64,000 nt of DNA from Carcharhinus longimanus (Eukaryota). Shown piece after piece: positions 48,966 to 62,715 of the stretch (positions are counted from its first letter, which is position 1; every line of letters starts with the position of its first letter). The notes under the pieces were generated by a model. It was not told the origin of the DNA. It saw nothing but the letters and a program-made list of their open reading frames with translations, and ran no database searches. The DNA lies in NCBI GenBank assembly GCA_030264375.1, contig JASCQW010000137.1, forward strand, positions 36,192,071 through 36,256,070, written 5' to 3'. Position numbers and translations under genes: made by a program.

Positions 48966-51354
48966 TAGTGGAACAATGGACAAATACAATTTGGTGGCAT
49001 TGTTATTCCAGAATCACTGGGTCTCTTGCTTAGTATGTCACATTTGAGATTAGATAAGCCTATATAGTTTGCACTCTCTACCCATTTCAAATGGACTCTG
49101 ACATTCTTCCAAGAATCTTGCCTTTCTGCAATATGAAGACCTCCCTCCACACCCACATTCAAACTCAATTTCATCCATCTCGAACTTGATGAGCATAAGA
49201 AGGTTGGCTATTGCACCAGCTGTTTGTATGTTCTCCACAGCGTTCAGACTTATCATCTCCTCCACAAACAAAGGTGCATTCATCACTCCACCTCCAACTG
49301 CAATGCCATACCAGCCCTGCTCACACCACAACCCCTACTTCCTACCCAGAGAACTAGGCTGAGATGCTCACCAGATTTGCACACTTCACTCTTCTATGNN
49401 NNNNNNNNNNNNNNNNNNNNNNNNNNNNNNNNNNNNNNNNNNNNNNNNNNNNNNNNNNNNNNNNNNNNNNNNNNNNNNNNNNNNNNNNNNNNNNNNNNNN
49501 NNNNNNNNNNNNNNNNNNNNNNNNCAGGTTTCTGAGGCATTGGACCCATATGCGGCACAGCACATCATGACCTCTGGCATGGGCTGCCACTTCTGATGAG
49601 ATTTTCTTTGCCTGCTGTGATGGCCTCCTCTGCGTCATTAGTATATTCCACCTGGCACTCAGTGCCCTTGCTGGATTGCACAGGAGGGGCAGAGTGCCCA
49701 CTTGCAATGCCCTCCCGTCTGGCATTCCTAGTGGGGGGGGTGCTATAACCATTGCCAAAGTTTAGTTTCCTGGACAGCTCCCTAAGGCTCGTCACCAAGT
49801 CCTTCTGCCCTTCGGACTGCTGCTATTGCTACATTAAAATGCCTGCTGGGTCCATATTAAGACCTGATGCCCAACAAGATCCCGGCCCCACCAGCAATGC
49901 TTAGCCAATGTCTGGCCTTGTTTCAAGCTAGCCGGCTAGAGGTGGTAATCGTGGCTGCTTCAGGGCCAACCACCTGCCATAAATTCCAGGACTGGACCCT
50001 ATTGCCACAACGCCCAATTTTACGGAAGGGGTGGCAGCTGCCCAGATGGCAAAGCCAAAAATTCTTATAACTTCTGGCTGCCAAGGCATTTGTTAGTCTC
50101 CAGCTAAAGAGACTAATTTTACATAACATTTGAAGTAAATCCAAATCATACCAAATATTCCCCAAGCATCAGAGCTAAAAACAAAGGAAATAAAACCCAT
50201 TATTTTCTGAAATGTTTTTAAATCCCACCTTATGCAGGATGATGGAATATAAGCAATGCTGGCTCCTGTACCACAGAACTTTCTGTTTCAATTATCACAT
50301 GATCAGACAATGTCGGAAAACTGAATTTATGCTTTGTGTGAACTGGCTTGTCTTGGCTGCTGTTTAAATGTTGTAATTGTTACAAATTGTGGAGGGGACT
50401 TAGAGAATTTTAAAACTACCTCACCGTATCTCGAAAAAAAAGTTAATCTGCCAATGCTTCCACTTTACTGTTCTGTCTCTGTCCATTCTAATTTTTAGGT
50501 GCATTCATCTCTGAAGTCAACTGTTCCTAAGTCAGGGAGTAAAATACTGAATGATTTCAGGAGCTGAATTAAAATACAACAGACTGTGGATGGAAGAAAA
50601 CAAAAATAGGCCTTCAGTCTCACTCCAACAACATCAGCTTGAACGTTCAAGTTGTGGAGGAGGCCCAATGGAAATAACTTCAACAAGTGAGCTTGTCTGA
50701 AGGGCTGGGGAGTAACCAAAAGAGGAATAAAGCACTCGGTCCCCTTAAAGATGCATTGTAATATATTTAGAGGTAAAGATTACTCAACTTTACTATAAGG
50801 GAGTGAAAGATGAGCTCACAGATTTTATCTTTTTTTTGTTTTTTTCCTTTGGAAGAATGTTGGGCAGACATCTCTCAAAAAAAGTGTCGAATTTGCATAA
50901 AAACTGAAGTATTCATATTGTTTTTTTCAGGCAAGAACCTTCCACACTCTAGGCACTGCAGAGGCCACCAGCATGAATATCATTAAAACCTAGGGGGCGG
51001 GACCTATTCCCACTGGAGAGGCCGGCAGCATAGCGCTGAGTGCGCACACACTGATCTGTCAATGCTGAGATCGGTGCATGCACTGTGGTCCCGCCCTGAT
51101 GGCCTCCCCATTGCTGACTAGTCCGAACACTGACGTCACTTGAGTAATTAATGGTAAAGTACCCATTCTTTAGCTTGGTTATTGGTTACCAGTTAAATAA
51201 TGTTTAGTCTATGTTGATCTCAACACTCCCTTATAGAGCAGACCTTCTCAAGGGCAACTAGAGAAGGGCTATAAATGCCGGCCAACCAGCAACACCCATT
51301 TCCAATGTATGAATGAAAAAAAGACCATAGGACCTCTGTAGATGTACTCCTGAT

Positions 51355-51945
51355 GACTGGATCACTCAGCTGGCTCTCTCAAATACACTCAGAGACGGTT
51401 ACCCACATCATCACAGTGTGTTGTGTCATTCACAATCTGGCGACGCAAAGAGGTGCAGTAAAGGAGGATAACACCTCATAAGATGAAGATCCGGAAGTCC
51501 AGGAAGCTCAGAGGGCTGTGGAGGGTCAGTATTATCATGCTGCTGCCATGGATACCTAGGTTAGAGGACACGTCCTTTGCCCAGATTCCTCAGATCAATC
51601 CACGAGGACCTGGTAACTAAATCGGGATATAGCCTTCTTCTTCAGGCTGCTAGCCTTGTTCTTTTGGACTGCAACCATGTTACAGAATCTCCAGAAGATA
51701 GGCGGATTGGAAAGAGTGAGATGTACGTGTTTAAACATGGCAACGGGACTTTTGAACCTGACAGCGGACAGACAAATCAGCTTCCAACCCACCAGATGAT
51801 TCAACCGGGCACTTCCCGTGCGTAATTAACAAGCCTCCAAGCGCAGAATTTGGCATGGGTTTCCGCCAGTCCGGCCAGCAGGAAAAGCGCCATCAGAACT
51901 GGCTGCCACAGCACTGAGTCTCAAAAATCGAAAATTCCTCCCACA
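51355..51945 (+). mobile_element. PIF/Harbinger transposase C-terminal remnant and right terminus
   Basis: LDHSAGSLKYT / ETVTHIITVCCVIHNLATQRG followed by an acidic stretch, matching HARBI1-type CLD.SGG.LQY.P..V..I+..CC.LHN; ends aaaattcctccc. Confidence 0.75.
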
Positions 51946-52894
51946 GAATGATTATTGTGGATGGGTAGTTCATTCTCTGAGGAAACAAAGCAGAATCCAG
52001 ACCAAGTGATGGTATAACTCAAAGAAAGACATAGCCACTGCCCAACTGCACCCCATCACATGCTCCATTAGGAAGTTCTCTGGAGTTAAAGGTTGATATT
52101 TCAGGCAGGATTTTCCAAGCTGGAAAATCCTGCCTGAGATCAACAGACCTTTACATGGATTGTGTCCTGCCTTCTGCGATTACCATGGCAAGTGGCATGG
52201 GAAAACTCCACCCTTCATCTTTTCAGATCTTGTTTTAACAGGTAGCTAATCCTCCCTCCGTTTGGTTGAGCTTGGTCTTGCTAATAGGTGAGGCCATTAT
52301 CAGGCACTGCGCGAAATGTTTGGCTGCCGAGCCTTGAGTTAATGGGTATTGTCCGGTTAGCCAAGGAATCCCCACAGATATCCACCTTGTCAGGAGGCTC
52401 ACCTGCTTCTTCTGCTCTGGAAATTTCTGGACTTCTGACTTGGAATGAAATCTGAGCAGTACTGAAATTCAGGATTCACACTCTGAACGCACAGTCCTTT
52501 GAATTTCAAGGGCTACATTTAGTGAGAAATCAAGTCATGCCTATATCGTTTTACCTATCAAGGAGTGTTCAAATCTGTTCTATTCATTTCCATTTCTTTT
52601 ATTCAATCATGGTATATGGGCATTGCTGACTGGCCAGCATTTATTGTCCATCCCTAGTCCCTTACTACCTTAACACATGCATTTTAAGTATAAAATGGCA
52701 CTTATTAGGTTGTGCCTGTGCCTCGATTATCCATTCCAGTATCTAGAAGATAGATAGGAAGCAACACATGGAATACTCCACTGGCCAATATTTCCAGCAG
52801 TTGTGAGGGCTCTCCAATAAATCCCTGAGTTATGTAATAGTTCAACCAGATATTGGGCTTAAAAGAGATGCATTTTGGATTTGTCATTCGTCGT

Positions 52895-53178
52895 TGATGG
52901 TGCAGACTCGATGGGCCACGTGGCCAGAAGGAGGCCATTTGCCCATTGAGTCTGCACCAACAACAATTCCACCCAGTTTTTATTCCTGTACCCTAGGTAT
53001 TTACCTGGCTAATCCCCCGGATACAAAGGGGCAATTTAACACGGCCAATCAACTTAACCCACACGCCCAACAGTGGGGGGAATCTGGAACACCCAAAGGA
53101 AACCGACACAGACACGGAAAGGATGTGCAAACTCCACACAGACAGTGACCCGTGTCTCTGGTGCTGTGAGGCAGCATT
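52895..53178 (-). mobile_element. tRNA-derived SINE, with a short inverted tail copy at 52895-52925
   Basis: Reverse core and tail. Confidence 0.8.
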
Positions 53179-54539
53179 GCATGAACTTCTGCTTCCAGGC
53201 AACACTAAAAGCATCAGGCCAAAAAAACTCAAATACATCACACCAACATTTTCAGTCAGAATGGAAATATATTTGTGGGGAATGGACATAACAAGTCATA
53301 TTGCAGAAGGTTTTGATTGGTTCAGAAGTGCTTTTACTACTGGCGCAAAAAAAATGTGTCCCGGCAGTATTACCGACCTTGTCCCTCAGTATCATGGCTG
53401 GTTTTTGGATTACCAATTTGTGCAGAGAGCATGGCACATAAAACGGAACGTAGGAGCTGTTCTCTTCCATAAATATTTGTTAAAGATTATACAGTGTATT
53501 CTTTTATTGTAGACATAAGACACGGTTCTCATGTAACACACTGCAGATTATAATCACTGTTCCAGCTGCCGACAGTCCGTGCTGAATAGTGTGGCAGGTG
53601 GACTGGAGCACTGCAATTGGCTGGCCCACTTCCAGCAGAATGGACAAGTAATTGTTAAAGTTGATGCTCAGTGTTTGAGCGCAGGGGCTGGCCAGCGGCC
53701 AGGGCCAGTGCATTTGTTGCCGTTTCGGAATAACTGGAGACTTGTTGCTCCGTCTCAGGTTTACGTTGCAGGCTGTGAGGTTGGGATTGCTGCCCGTTGC
53801 GGCTGCCGGAACACATGGCGGGCAGGGAACTCTTGGTAACTGTATGACCTCGGTGCCTCATGGGAAACGTTAGAAACATAATCGCCCAGCGATGAAATTG
53901 CTATTAATTAGGGAGACCCAAAAAAAATTCCTTTCTGGAATATTAGAAGATATGAAACCAATTAGTCTTCTGCTGAGGATGAAATATGAGTAAAATTCTT
54001 TGAATTTTTACTAAATGTGCTTTGACGAGAACAATGCCCATATGTATGCTACTGTAACGAAGAGAGTATTCCGTTCCAATGGCTTTCAGGTTCTTAGAAG
54101 TTAATTTCTCTATTCCCCTCTGCTGCGACCTCTCCTTCTCCCCCCCAACCCACCCACAAGAACCCCCCACTCTCTCTATTAGAAATCATTTCTCTTCTCT
54201 GATTTTGAGGTTACCTCTACTTACTGAGGCAAAGAAATTTCCACTTTGATACAATGGGTAGTGTACTGTAGTCACCTGAGCAGCTTGTTACAGAATCGTT
54301 GTTACAACACAGAAGGAGGCCATTCGGCCAGGCCTGTCTGCCCTGACTCTCCGAGTGAGCAATTCACTGCATGCCATTTCCCTGCCTCTCCCAGTCACCC
54401 TGCACATTCTTCCTCTGCCAGTCATTTACCATCCCTTTTGGAAGCTTCAGTTCAGTCTGCCTCCATCGGGTATTGCATTCCAGATACTAACCAAGGACTC
54501 ATGTCTCCTTTGCTCTTTCAGCCAATTATATAATATTTA

Positions 54540-54820
54540 CGATGGCACAGTGATTAGCACTGCTATCTCATAGCACCGGGGACCTGGGTTCAATTCCTGG
54601 CTTGGGTCACTGTTGTGCAGAGTCTGCATGTTCTTCTCATGTCTGCATGGGTTTCCTCTGGGTGCCCTGGTTTCCTCCCACAGTTCAAAAGACATTTTGC
54701 ATTGGCCATGCAAAATTCTCCCTCAGTGTACCCGAACAATGTGGTGACTAGAGGATTTTCACAGTAACTTCATTGCAGTGTTAATGTAAATTATTTGTGA
54801 CACTAAAAATAAATAAAACA
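54540..54820 (+). mobile_element. tRNA-derived SINE, alternative-tail subfamily
   Basis: Head, core and tail. Confidence 0.9.
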
Positions 54821-56369
54821 TTTATATTATGTTATTAGTGCAGACAGAAAGCTGCTTTTATCCTACTTACCGACTGGAGATATTGCAATGCAGCAGCACA
54901 AAATGGGCAAAAACTCACCGGTCAGCTGTCAAATAGATTGTGTTAAAACAATAGACAGGCAATATCAAAATATGTTCCATTAATATTTATGCAATCTTAT
55001 TTTTTATTTTGCTTCCAGACTTGAAGTTTTCAGTCTCTAATTAGTTCTGCATTGAATGTGTCATGATGATCACTGTTTCTGTAATTTTCCCTTTCCTGGA
55101 GCACTGTACTATCTCATAGTGCTGTTGTTTTTGCTATTTTAACACTTTCCCTTGCAACAGCTTGCAGGAGCCACATATATAGGGATGCACATCAGTTGGG
55201 AGCCATTAGCAGTCAATGGAATAGGGTACAGATGATATGAGATTGTGAGTTTCCCATGATCACTCCTTGCAAGGGTTCCAGGAGTAATCTACACACTCCT
55301 CACACACAAATACATGTTGCAAACTGTANNNNNNNNNNNNNNNNNNNNNNNNNNNNNNNNNNNNNNNNNNNNNNNNNNNNNNNNNNNNNNNNNNNNNNNN
55401 NNNNNNNNNNNNNNNNNNNNNNNNNNNNAAACTGTAAATGAACTGTTGCTTTGATTTTGAATTATCCCTGCACATCATGTAAGTTAACCTAAACGTCAAC
55501 CCCCCTCCTCCGCCAATATCCTGTGGTTGTAATGTGTGCTGCCTGACAAGACACACTAAAGCAATTCCACCAGCCCGGGCACCAGACACACTATAGGGAT
55601 TCAAGAATGCTCATCGCCAACATGAAGGCAACACAAATGACGGTTGCCCGAGGGCAAATAGAATGGTAAGATTCCCTTCTGCATTACATACATACTAATT
55701 TCACTAAAAGACGAGTAACCCAGTTGGATATAATTGCATTCCGTGGCAGTTTTTCTGTGAGTTACGGAGTCCTGAATTCCATCATTGAAAATTTACAATT
55801 CAGAAATGACCTTTCTGACCATCAGGTTTGTGTTAGTAGATGAAGAGTTATCCAGCCCAATCCCAACTTTCTGAACTTGGTTCCCAGTCCTGTAGATCAC
55901 AGCTTTTCAAGAAGAGATTCAACTACTTTTTGCAAATGTGCCAAGAGTTTCTCCCTCAGGCAAAGAGTTTCAGGTCCGACCATTACGTCTTTGCTCATCT
56001 CCCTGCAAAGCCTTCTACAAATTACTTTAAATCCATGGCCTTTGATTTTTGACCACTTTGCTAAGGTATTTATTTCTCTCTATTTGTTCAATCCAGGCCT
56101 CTCATAACTTTAAACAGCCCTCACATTCCTCTGTTCCAAAGAAAACAATATTAACCTATCCAACACTCCAATCCTTCCTCATGACAAAATCTTTCCATTC
56201 TTGATCAAATCCTCTATACCCTCTCCAATACGGTCACATTTATTCTACAATCTGGCGACCAAAACAGTGTGCAGTGCTCTAGTATTTGGTTTATACAGTG
56301 GGCTTGAGTTGAGAGTCGTGCTATAAAAAACATGCATGTTCCAAATTCAACTCAGCTTTTCATAAAATT

Positions 56370-57000
56370 ATAGAATCCTACAGTGTAGAAGGAGGCCATT
56401 CAGCCCATCGAGTCTGCACTGACCACAATCCCACCCGAGCCCTATCCCAATGACCCCATGCATTAATCCTAACAAGTCCCCCTGACACTAAGGGGCAATT
56501 TAGCAAGGCCAATCCACCTAACCCGCACATCTTTGGACTGTGGGAAGAAACCGGAGCACCTGGAGGAAATGCACACAGACACAGAGAGAATGTGCAAACT
56601 CCACACAGGACCCAAGCCAGGAAACAAACCCGGGTCCCTGGCACTGTGACGCAGCAGTGCTAATCACTGGCCATAACCCTTTCCTAACCTTGTAGGGAAG
56701 TCTCTACAGTTTGCATTAAAATCAGTCCAGTCAAGAACAGGCAACTCCATTGCCAGGGATACACATTTAAATTCATCAACACGGACATTCTGCCTCTTTT
56801 CCCAAAACCCAGTGAACAAAATCACATCCCAAGGTGGTAGAATCATAAAATCGTACAGTGCAGAAGGAGGCCATTCGGCCTATCGAGCCTGCAGTGACAA
56901 CCATCTCACCCACGCCCTATCCCCACAACACCATATATTTATCCCCCTCACACTAAGGAGCAATTGAACATGGCCAATCAATGTGGGTTAACACATCTTT
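56370..57000 (-). mobile_element. SINE (56370-56668) and a second SINE tail (56838-57000)
   Basis: Reverse head, core and tail. Confidence 0.85.
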
Positions 57001-57199
57001 GTTTCCTACCTCTTGGGATGGGTGCACCATGTCATTTATCTCATGCTGGTGATTCTGGAAGCAAAAACTCTTGACTTGCTCTGACTACAGAAAAGAACAT
57101 CACATTGACAGCGAGCACTTCCTGAGTCTCAGAACATCTCACCTGTCTTCAAGCTGCCAACTGCAAAGGGACAGGTCTGGCAAATGGTTTCGCTCCTGG

Positions 57200-58150
57200 C
57201 TTCTTATGAGGAAAGATTGGAGAATTTAGGTTTGTATCCACTAGAGTTTAGAAGAGTAAGAAGTGACTTGATTGAAACCTTTAAGATCCTGAGGCATATT
57301 GACATGGTAGACATGAAGATGACCTTTCCTCTGAGCGGAGTTTGCACGTTCTCCCTGTGTCTGCATGGGTTTCTTCCAGATGCTCCAGTTTCCTCCCGCT
57401 CTCCAAAAATGTGTGGGTTAGGTGGATTGGCCGTGCTAAATTACCCCTTAGTGTCCCTAAATATACTGTTTATGGGGTTTAGTGGGGTAAATACGTATGG
57501 TTATCAGGTAAACCTGACTAAGAGTCATTTCAGACTCAATGGGCTGAATAGCCTCCTTCTGTGGATTCTTGTCGGAGAATCTGGAATTAGGGGGCCACTG
57601 TTTAAAAATTAGGGGTCACTCATTTAAGACAGAGGTGAGGAGAATATTTTTTCTCTCAGTGGGTCATGAGTCTTTGGAACTCTTCTTCAAAAGGCATTGG
57701 AAGCAGAGTCTTTGAATATTTTTATGGCAGAGCTAGATAGTTTCTTCATTAACAAGGCAGTGAAAGATTATCAGGGGCAGGCAGGGTTGTGAGGGTTGAA
57801 GTTAAAGCCAGATCAACCAGCATCTTATTGAATGGTAGAGCAAGTGGCCTACTCCTGCTCCTAATTCATATGTTCATTTGCAATGGCTGCATGGGCCTCT
57901 TTGTGGGTCTTTAGAAGAGAATGAGAGATAGATAGGAGAAGAACCTCTTTCATGCAATGAGTGGTTAAGACTTTAATGCCCGAGGTGATTGAGGCTGGTA
58001 CAATTGAGGTGTTCAAGAGGACCATCTGAAAAAAGTTGAGCGTACAGGGTGACAGGGAGAACTTGAGGAAATGGCATTAGGTACTTTGATCATTCAGAGG
58101 GCAAGCACAGGCACAATGGGCAGAATGGCCTCCTCATGTGCTGTAGCAAT
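57200..58150 (+). mobile_element. CR1 3' ends with a nested SINE (57335-57565)
   Basis: SYEERLENLGLYPLEFRRVRSDLIETFKIL..VGESGIRG; two CR1 3'UTRs. Confidence 0.85.
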
Positions 58151-59425
58151 TTGATGAGAAGGAGAAAATAAACATACATTTTTGGAAAATGGAAATCAAA
58201 AATGTTTAAAGGTTAAAAACAATGAAATAAACAAAGCTAATTTATTTTACGATTGCTACGGTTAAAACTAAAATATAAAAACAATGTTTTCCGTAACAAG
58301 ATGCTATCATTTTCAGTTGCAAATGAATTGCAATAAGTATCCAACTTCTCTGCCAAGAAATGATACGCTTGGATCTGGATTTTTGTTAAGTTTGGATTCA
58401 AGTTGCCCATTTGCAGTGCTTTGTGTCCCGCAGCCCATGTCATCATTCAATCAACAATTCATTTGAAATAAATCCCCCTGAAAACATTTAACAAAACCTA
58501 CATTCTGCACACAAGTGATTAGATTTCAAGCATGTGGTTCTGTCTCTGGGGGAAACACAGTATTTAACATGTTCAACGTTAAAATACAGAACATTGGGAT
58601 CAAAAATTCTATACAGTGGGAGTGAACAGGAAGCACTCAAAGTTGACAAAATTATATCCTTGAACCAGCCATATAATTATCCTGAGATGAGGATACAAAG
58701 AAGTGTGTGAGGAATGTCCATTCCTTTTCTGTGTTGACATTAAAATGATAGAAAAAAGTTAATAACAAAGCATGTCCCCCGTATGTGACCCTTTCTGTGT
58801 AGAAATATGTTAATCTTATGAATTGGGATAACAAAACACAGCCATCAAACATTATGATTTTATTTCTACATTGGCACAAATGTTGATAACTTAGAGGGAA
58901 ATGTGATAAATTTGCAAGCTATATTTTATAATATTTTCAGTGCAGTTTCTCCTTTTCATATACAAAGTTACATGTTGCGCTATTTTGGCACAACTTTCCA
59001 TATAAACTGTAACTAGATGGCTAGGAAGTAAAATATTCCCTGCCCTCCAGTCTAACTACCGTCCACCCCGGATTCATACAGTTGGGTGATTCTGCTAACA
59101 TTGATCATTCTGTAATGTTAGACATTCAAAGGAAAGGTCTAATCTCTGTACAATGGGCAGAAGTGGGGAGGTAGGCAAGGAGGTGTGTGGAGGAAAGATA
59201 ATCTGGCAAAAAACCTAACACCCGAATGTAACTCTTTGTAAACACATCTAACTCCTGTTGAATTGCAGCAGGTTTGGGTCCCTAGGTTTTCCGACATTCA
59301 AGAACCTTAACAGGTGAGATTGGACAGCATGTCTTGGGGCTGGTTAAAAGTTAGGAGTCTGGAGATTAATGAAGATTTAGCATTCACAGTTGCTTTCCCT
59401 ATTCCCTCTGGGGATCAATTTGGTG

Positions 59426-59577
59426 TGGAGATGCCGGTGTTAGAGTGGGGTAAGCACAGTAAGAAGTCTCACAATACCAGGTTAAATGAATCTGATGAAG
59501 GAACAGCACCCCTAAAGCTTGTGCTGCCAAATAAACCTATTGGATTTTAACCTGGTGTTGTGAGACTTCTTACTGTG
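59426..59577. mobile_element. Penelope pLTR-derived mini-element with inverted ends and a 13-bp TSD
   Basis: Inverted arms cacagtaagaagtctcacaataccaggttaaa / tttaacctggtgttgtgagacttcttactgtg; central CTGATGAaggaacagcacccctAAA; gatcaatttggtg duplicated at 59413-59425 and 59577-59589. Confidence 0.8.
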
Positions 59578-59589
59578 ATCAATTTGGTG

Positions 59590-62140
59590 ACAGATCTTGT
59601 TGTGGGAGATTTATTTGTACAGTTTAGATGTCTTTTCGCACGACAGATTGAGATGGGCCACTTCATGGATGCACAGATTACCTTCCTCATTCAAAATCTA
59701 ATCATCCTCAACAGTTGTGCAGGTTGCTGCAGGTAGACACCGGTAAGCTCGAGTTTGCAGGAGGCACTACCCTCAATGAGTTTACAGGTCAAGATGTAAC
59801 CTTGCAGGAGAGCAGTGCTCCTGGAGTTTGAAATTGTCATGTTAGATGGTCGTGGATAGGAACAATTTCTGAGAAGAAAACCTGTTCTATTTTGGATCTG
59901 GCAGCCATGGATTTTGGGTGGTAATGAAAGTCACCACCAATGTCAACATTTTTGTGCCTTTCGTTCCTCCCAGGCTGCTACTGAGGACATAACAAGAATC
60001 TTATACAAATAAATCCATAAAGCAGGTGATGGGTGGACCATTTTCTAGAGCTGGGAGTTATGCAAACTTCCCCTGTAATGTAGTAGCCAGAATGGACAAG
60101 TACTTGAACATGTATCTCTGACTGGATTTTCACAGTTAGAAATTGCCATTGATTACATAGGTGTACCAAAAAATGAACAGCCAGGAAGAGTTTCAACTGT
60201 AAGAGGTGTTATTTCATCAATGCTCGGCTGGTCTGAAACCACAAGAGAAGTTTCATCTGTGTCTGAGGCGGATCCCTTGGGAACTGCCATAATACTTTCT
60301 GACTCTGGTTGACCAATATCCCTGACCTGAAAGTATCTATATGGAATGGTTGCTAGGTAGGTAATAAAATATATCCCTTTCAAAGTTGACTGATGACACC
60401 TCTGATGGCCCAACTAATTTACCCAGAAGCCCTCCCACAGCGGCCATTTCAGAATCACCTGTGTCATCAAGATGTGCTACCGACATGCTCCAGATGTACT
60501 TCAGGTTTACTGGACATCCTCCAGTACTCACCAGTGAGGGTCTCTTGGAAAGTCATTGCATGTTCTTCATAATGTAGTGTAACAATTTGGACTGGAGGTG
60601 GAGGAGGAACAAACTGCTTATCACTCCTCACATGAGGATTATAAGAGAAAGGATGACAAGGAGAATAAAGATGTGACACCTAACATTACAAANNNNNNNN
60701 NNNNNNNNNNNNNTCTAATGTCAAGAAATTCTAAAACAGTTCAAAAGCTGTTAATCACACATGTTGGACTTAAGAAACAAACTCAACCCCATCCTCTTAC
60801 CCTTCCTCGATCTCCAGCATAAAGCATTCCTGTAACCAACTACTCAGTCATTACACATGCCTTCATTTGTTCTTATCTATCAATTCATGTTTTCAATTTT
60901 GTCAATGAGCAAAAACAAATGATTTGACACTCAGACCACAAGCAAGGGCAACACAGGAGAATGGTGCAAATTAATAAATTCTTTAAGAAAGGAAACTTAA
61001 TAACACAATATTTTCACAAGTACCCATGTGTACATATACTTGCAGTGAAGTACAATGTTTTCTTTACTTTTCCTGCTGCTTCTACAGAGTGGTTTCAGCA
61101 GAGGTAGAGGCAGGCTGTGCACACTCACGCTCTGATTGCTGAGATGTTCTTGGCTAACATCCTCTGAGTTTTGGAGTCCATGGGGGCTAAAGTATCTGCC
61201 ATTCTGTTTAAGGCAGCAGATATGATGCCATCCATAGGCTCCACAGGCATGGTCATGAGCTGCATGGATTTATTTGATTGCAGCAGAGGAAGTTAGTCTA
61301 TCCGTAGAGGAAAACGTCATCGGAATGACCTGTAACATCTACAAATGGCTGAACTGAGCTCCATCCATCAATCTACTGTGGAGAGTGCATGTTCCCGAGT
61401 GTCACAAATTTGCTGCTGTCCTTTTATATTTAACATTTGCATCAATGTCAGGGTACAGCATTTTTTTAAAAAATTACTCCATTCCTGAAGTTAAGAACCA
61501 ATGTGCAGAGTGTACTGGGCAAGCCCATAACCCAATCCTTGCTTGCTCCAAAATCAACTCAATGTGAATCCAAATCATGGTCCCCACAAGAGAGACAAAC
61601 AAAATCCAAGCTGACAAAATAAGGCATTGCACCCGATCTTGGGCTTCATCTGATTCTTGATCTTAGCCAAAAGGTCAGGAAGAGGTACAGCTGAGCAGGG
61701 CTTGAAGGGTACTGCACCCTCTTATCATAGACTCTCAGCAGTGGCCCCTACAACCAGCATCTCCTCTCACTCTGAATTTCGGGACTCCAGGTTGGAACTA
61801 TGTAACAGGCCAATCCAAAGAGCATGAGCTGGTGTGTGGAAGCTGTTGTCCTGTGATGGCACACTCTGAGATGAATCAGCTCCTCTGAGGAATCAATATG
61901 TGGAGAGTGCACACACTGCTGCCAGACAGGAATTAATAGCAAGGTAGAGTGGCTGCTGCTGCTCAGTCCAAACATTCCTTTGTGCAGCCAGTAGGAACTC
62001 CGTTCAAATAAGGTGGATCAACAACCAGCCCAGGCTCACCCTCCCCCAGGTTCAATAATTCCCTCCGATTGACATGTGCAATCACTGCAACATTGCGCAC
62101 CAGGAAGCGTCGCCAATCAACACCTCTCTTGAATTTAGCC
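59590..62140. mobile_element. Rearranged, decayed PIF/Harbinger element (transposase on +, Myb-like partner pieces on -)
   Basis: +59757-60170 reads RRHYPQ*VYRSR..EQCSWSLKLS..VVMKVTTNVNIF..TGFSQLEIAIDY (HARBI1 N-terminus to the first catalytic D). +61905-61945 reads AHTAARQELIAR (C-terminus). Minus-strand exon-like pieces lie at 60200-60620 and 61130-61270. Right end ttgaatttagccc is TIR-like. Confidence 0.65.
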
Positions 62141-62599
62141 CAGAGACAAAAAGGAACTAACTCAGCACGGGTTACTCTGTTAGGAAATCAAAGGTAGTTT
62201 TAAAGGATTTATATTTGTATGGGTAAATATTAGACATAAGGTATAGTTTTAGGAAAATTTAATTTAATGCTTCTGTATCTAGAAGGGAGTAGTAGTTAGA
62301 TTTCATGCTGGACAAGCGTGTTTGTACGTGTGGGTGTTAGTATCAATCCCAGGTGGGACTCTATTATGTTTAGAGAGCTACAGAGTGAAGAAGAAATAGC
62401 ATTGCTTTGCAACTAGGGACCCTGTAAAATAACTCAAAAAGATTTATTTGTTCTTTAGTTTTAGCTAAAAGCCAGAGGCAGGTGAAGTTGTTCATGGAGC
62501 AATGAACAGCTCTCTCTCAACTCAGCTAAGAGCAGCTGGGCAGGGAAGGGAGCTACAAAACTGCAGGCTTCCTAAGAAACAAGACAGACCAAACATCCA

Positions 62600-62715
62600 G
62601 GGAACTGAGACAGAAAGAAACTGTAAAATCCCACCCATGGTCAATGGACCTTCCCATGGTCTGCTCTCGCCCACTCCGATTTCTGTGATGAGCAGGGTGG
62701 TAAAATTCTGGCCAT
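62600..62715. mobile_element. Harbinger-type MITE
   Basis: gtaaaatcccacccatggtcaatggacc..ggtaaaattctggcc, similar to 38382-38502. Confidence 0.6.

Noticed and set aside
1421-57565. Dozens of 60-110 aa ORFs such as ..CLHGFPPGAPVSSHSPKMC.. and ..GRKPEHPEETHADTG..
   Set aside because: These are translations of the non-coding SINE core, not genes.
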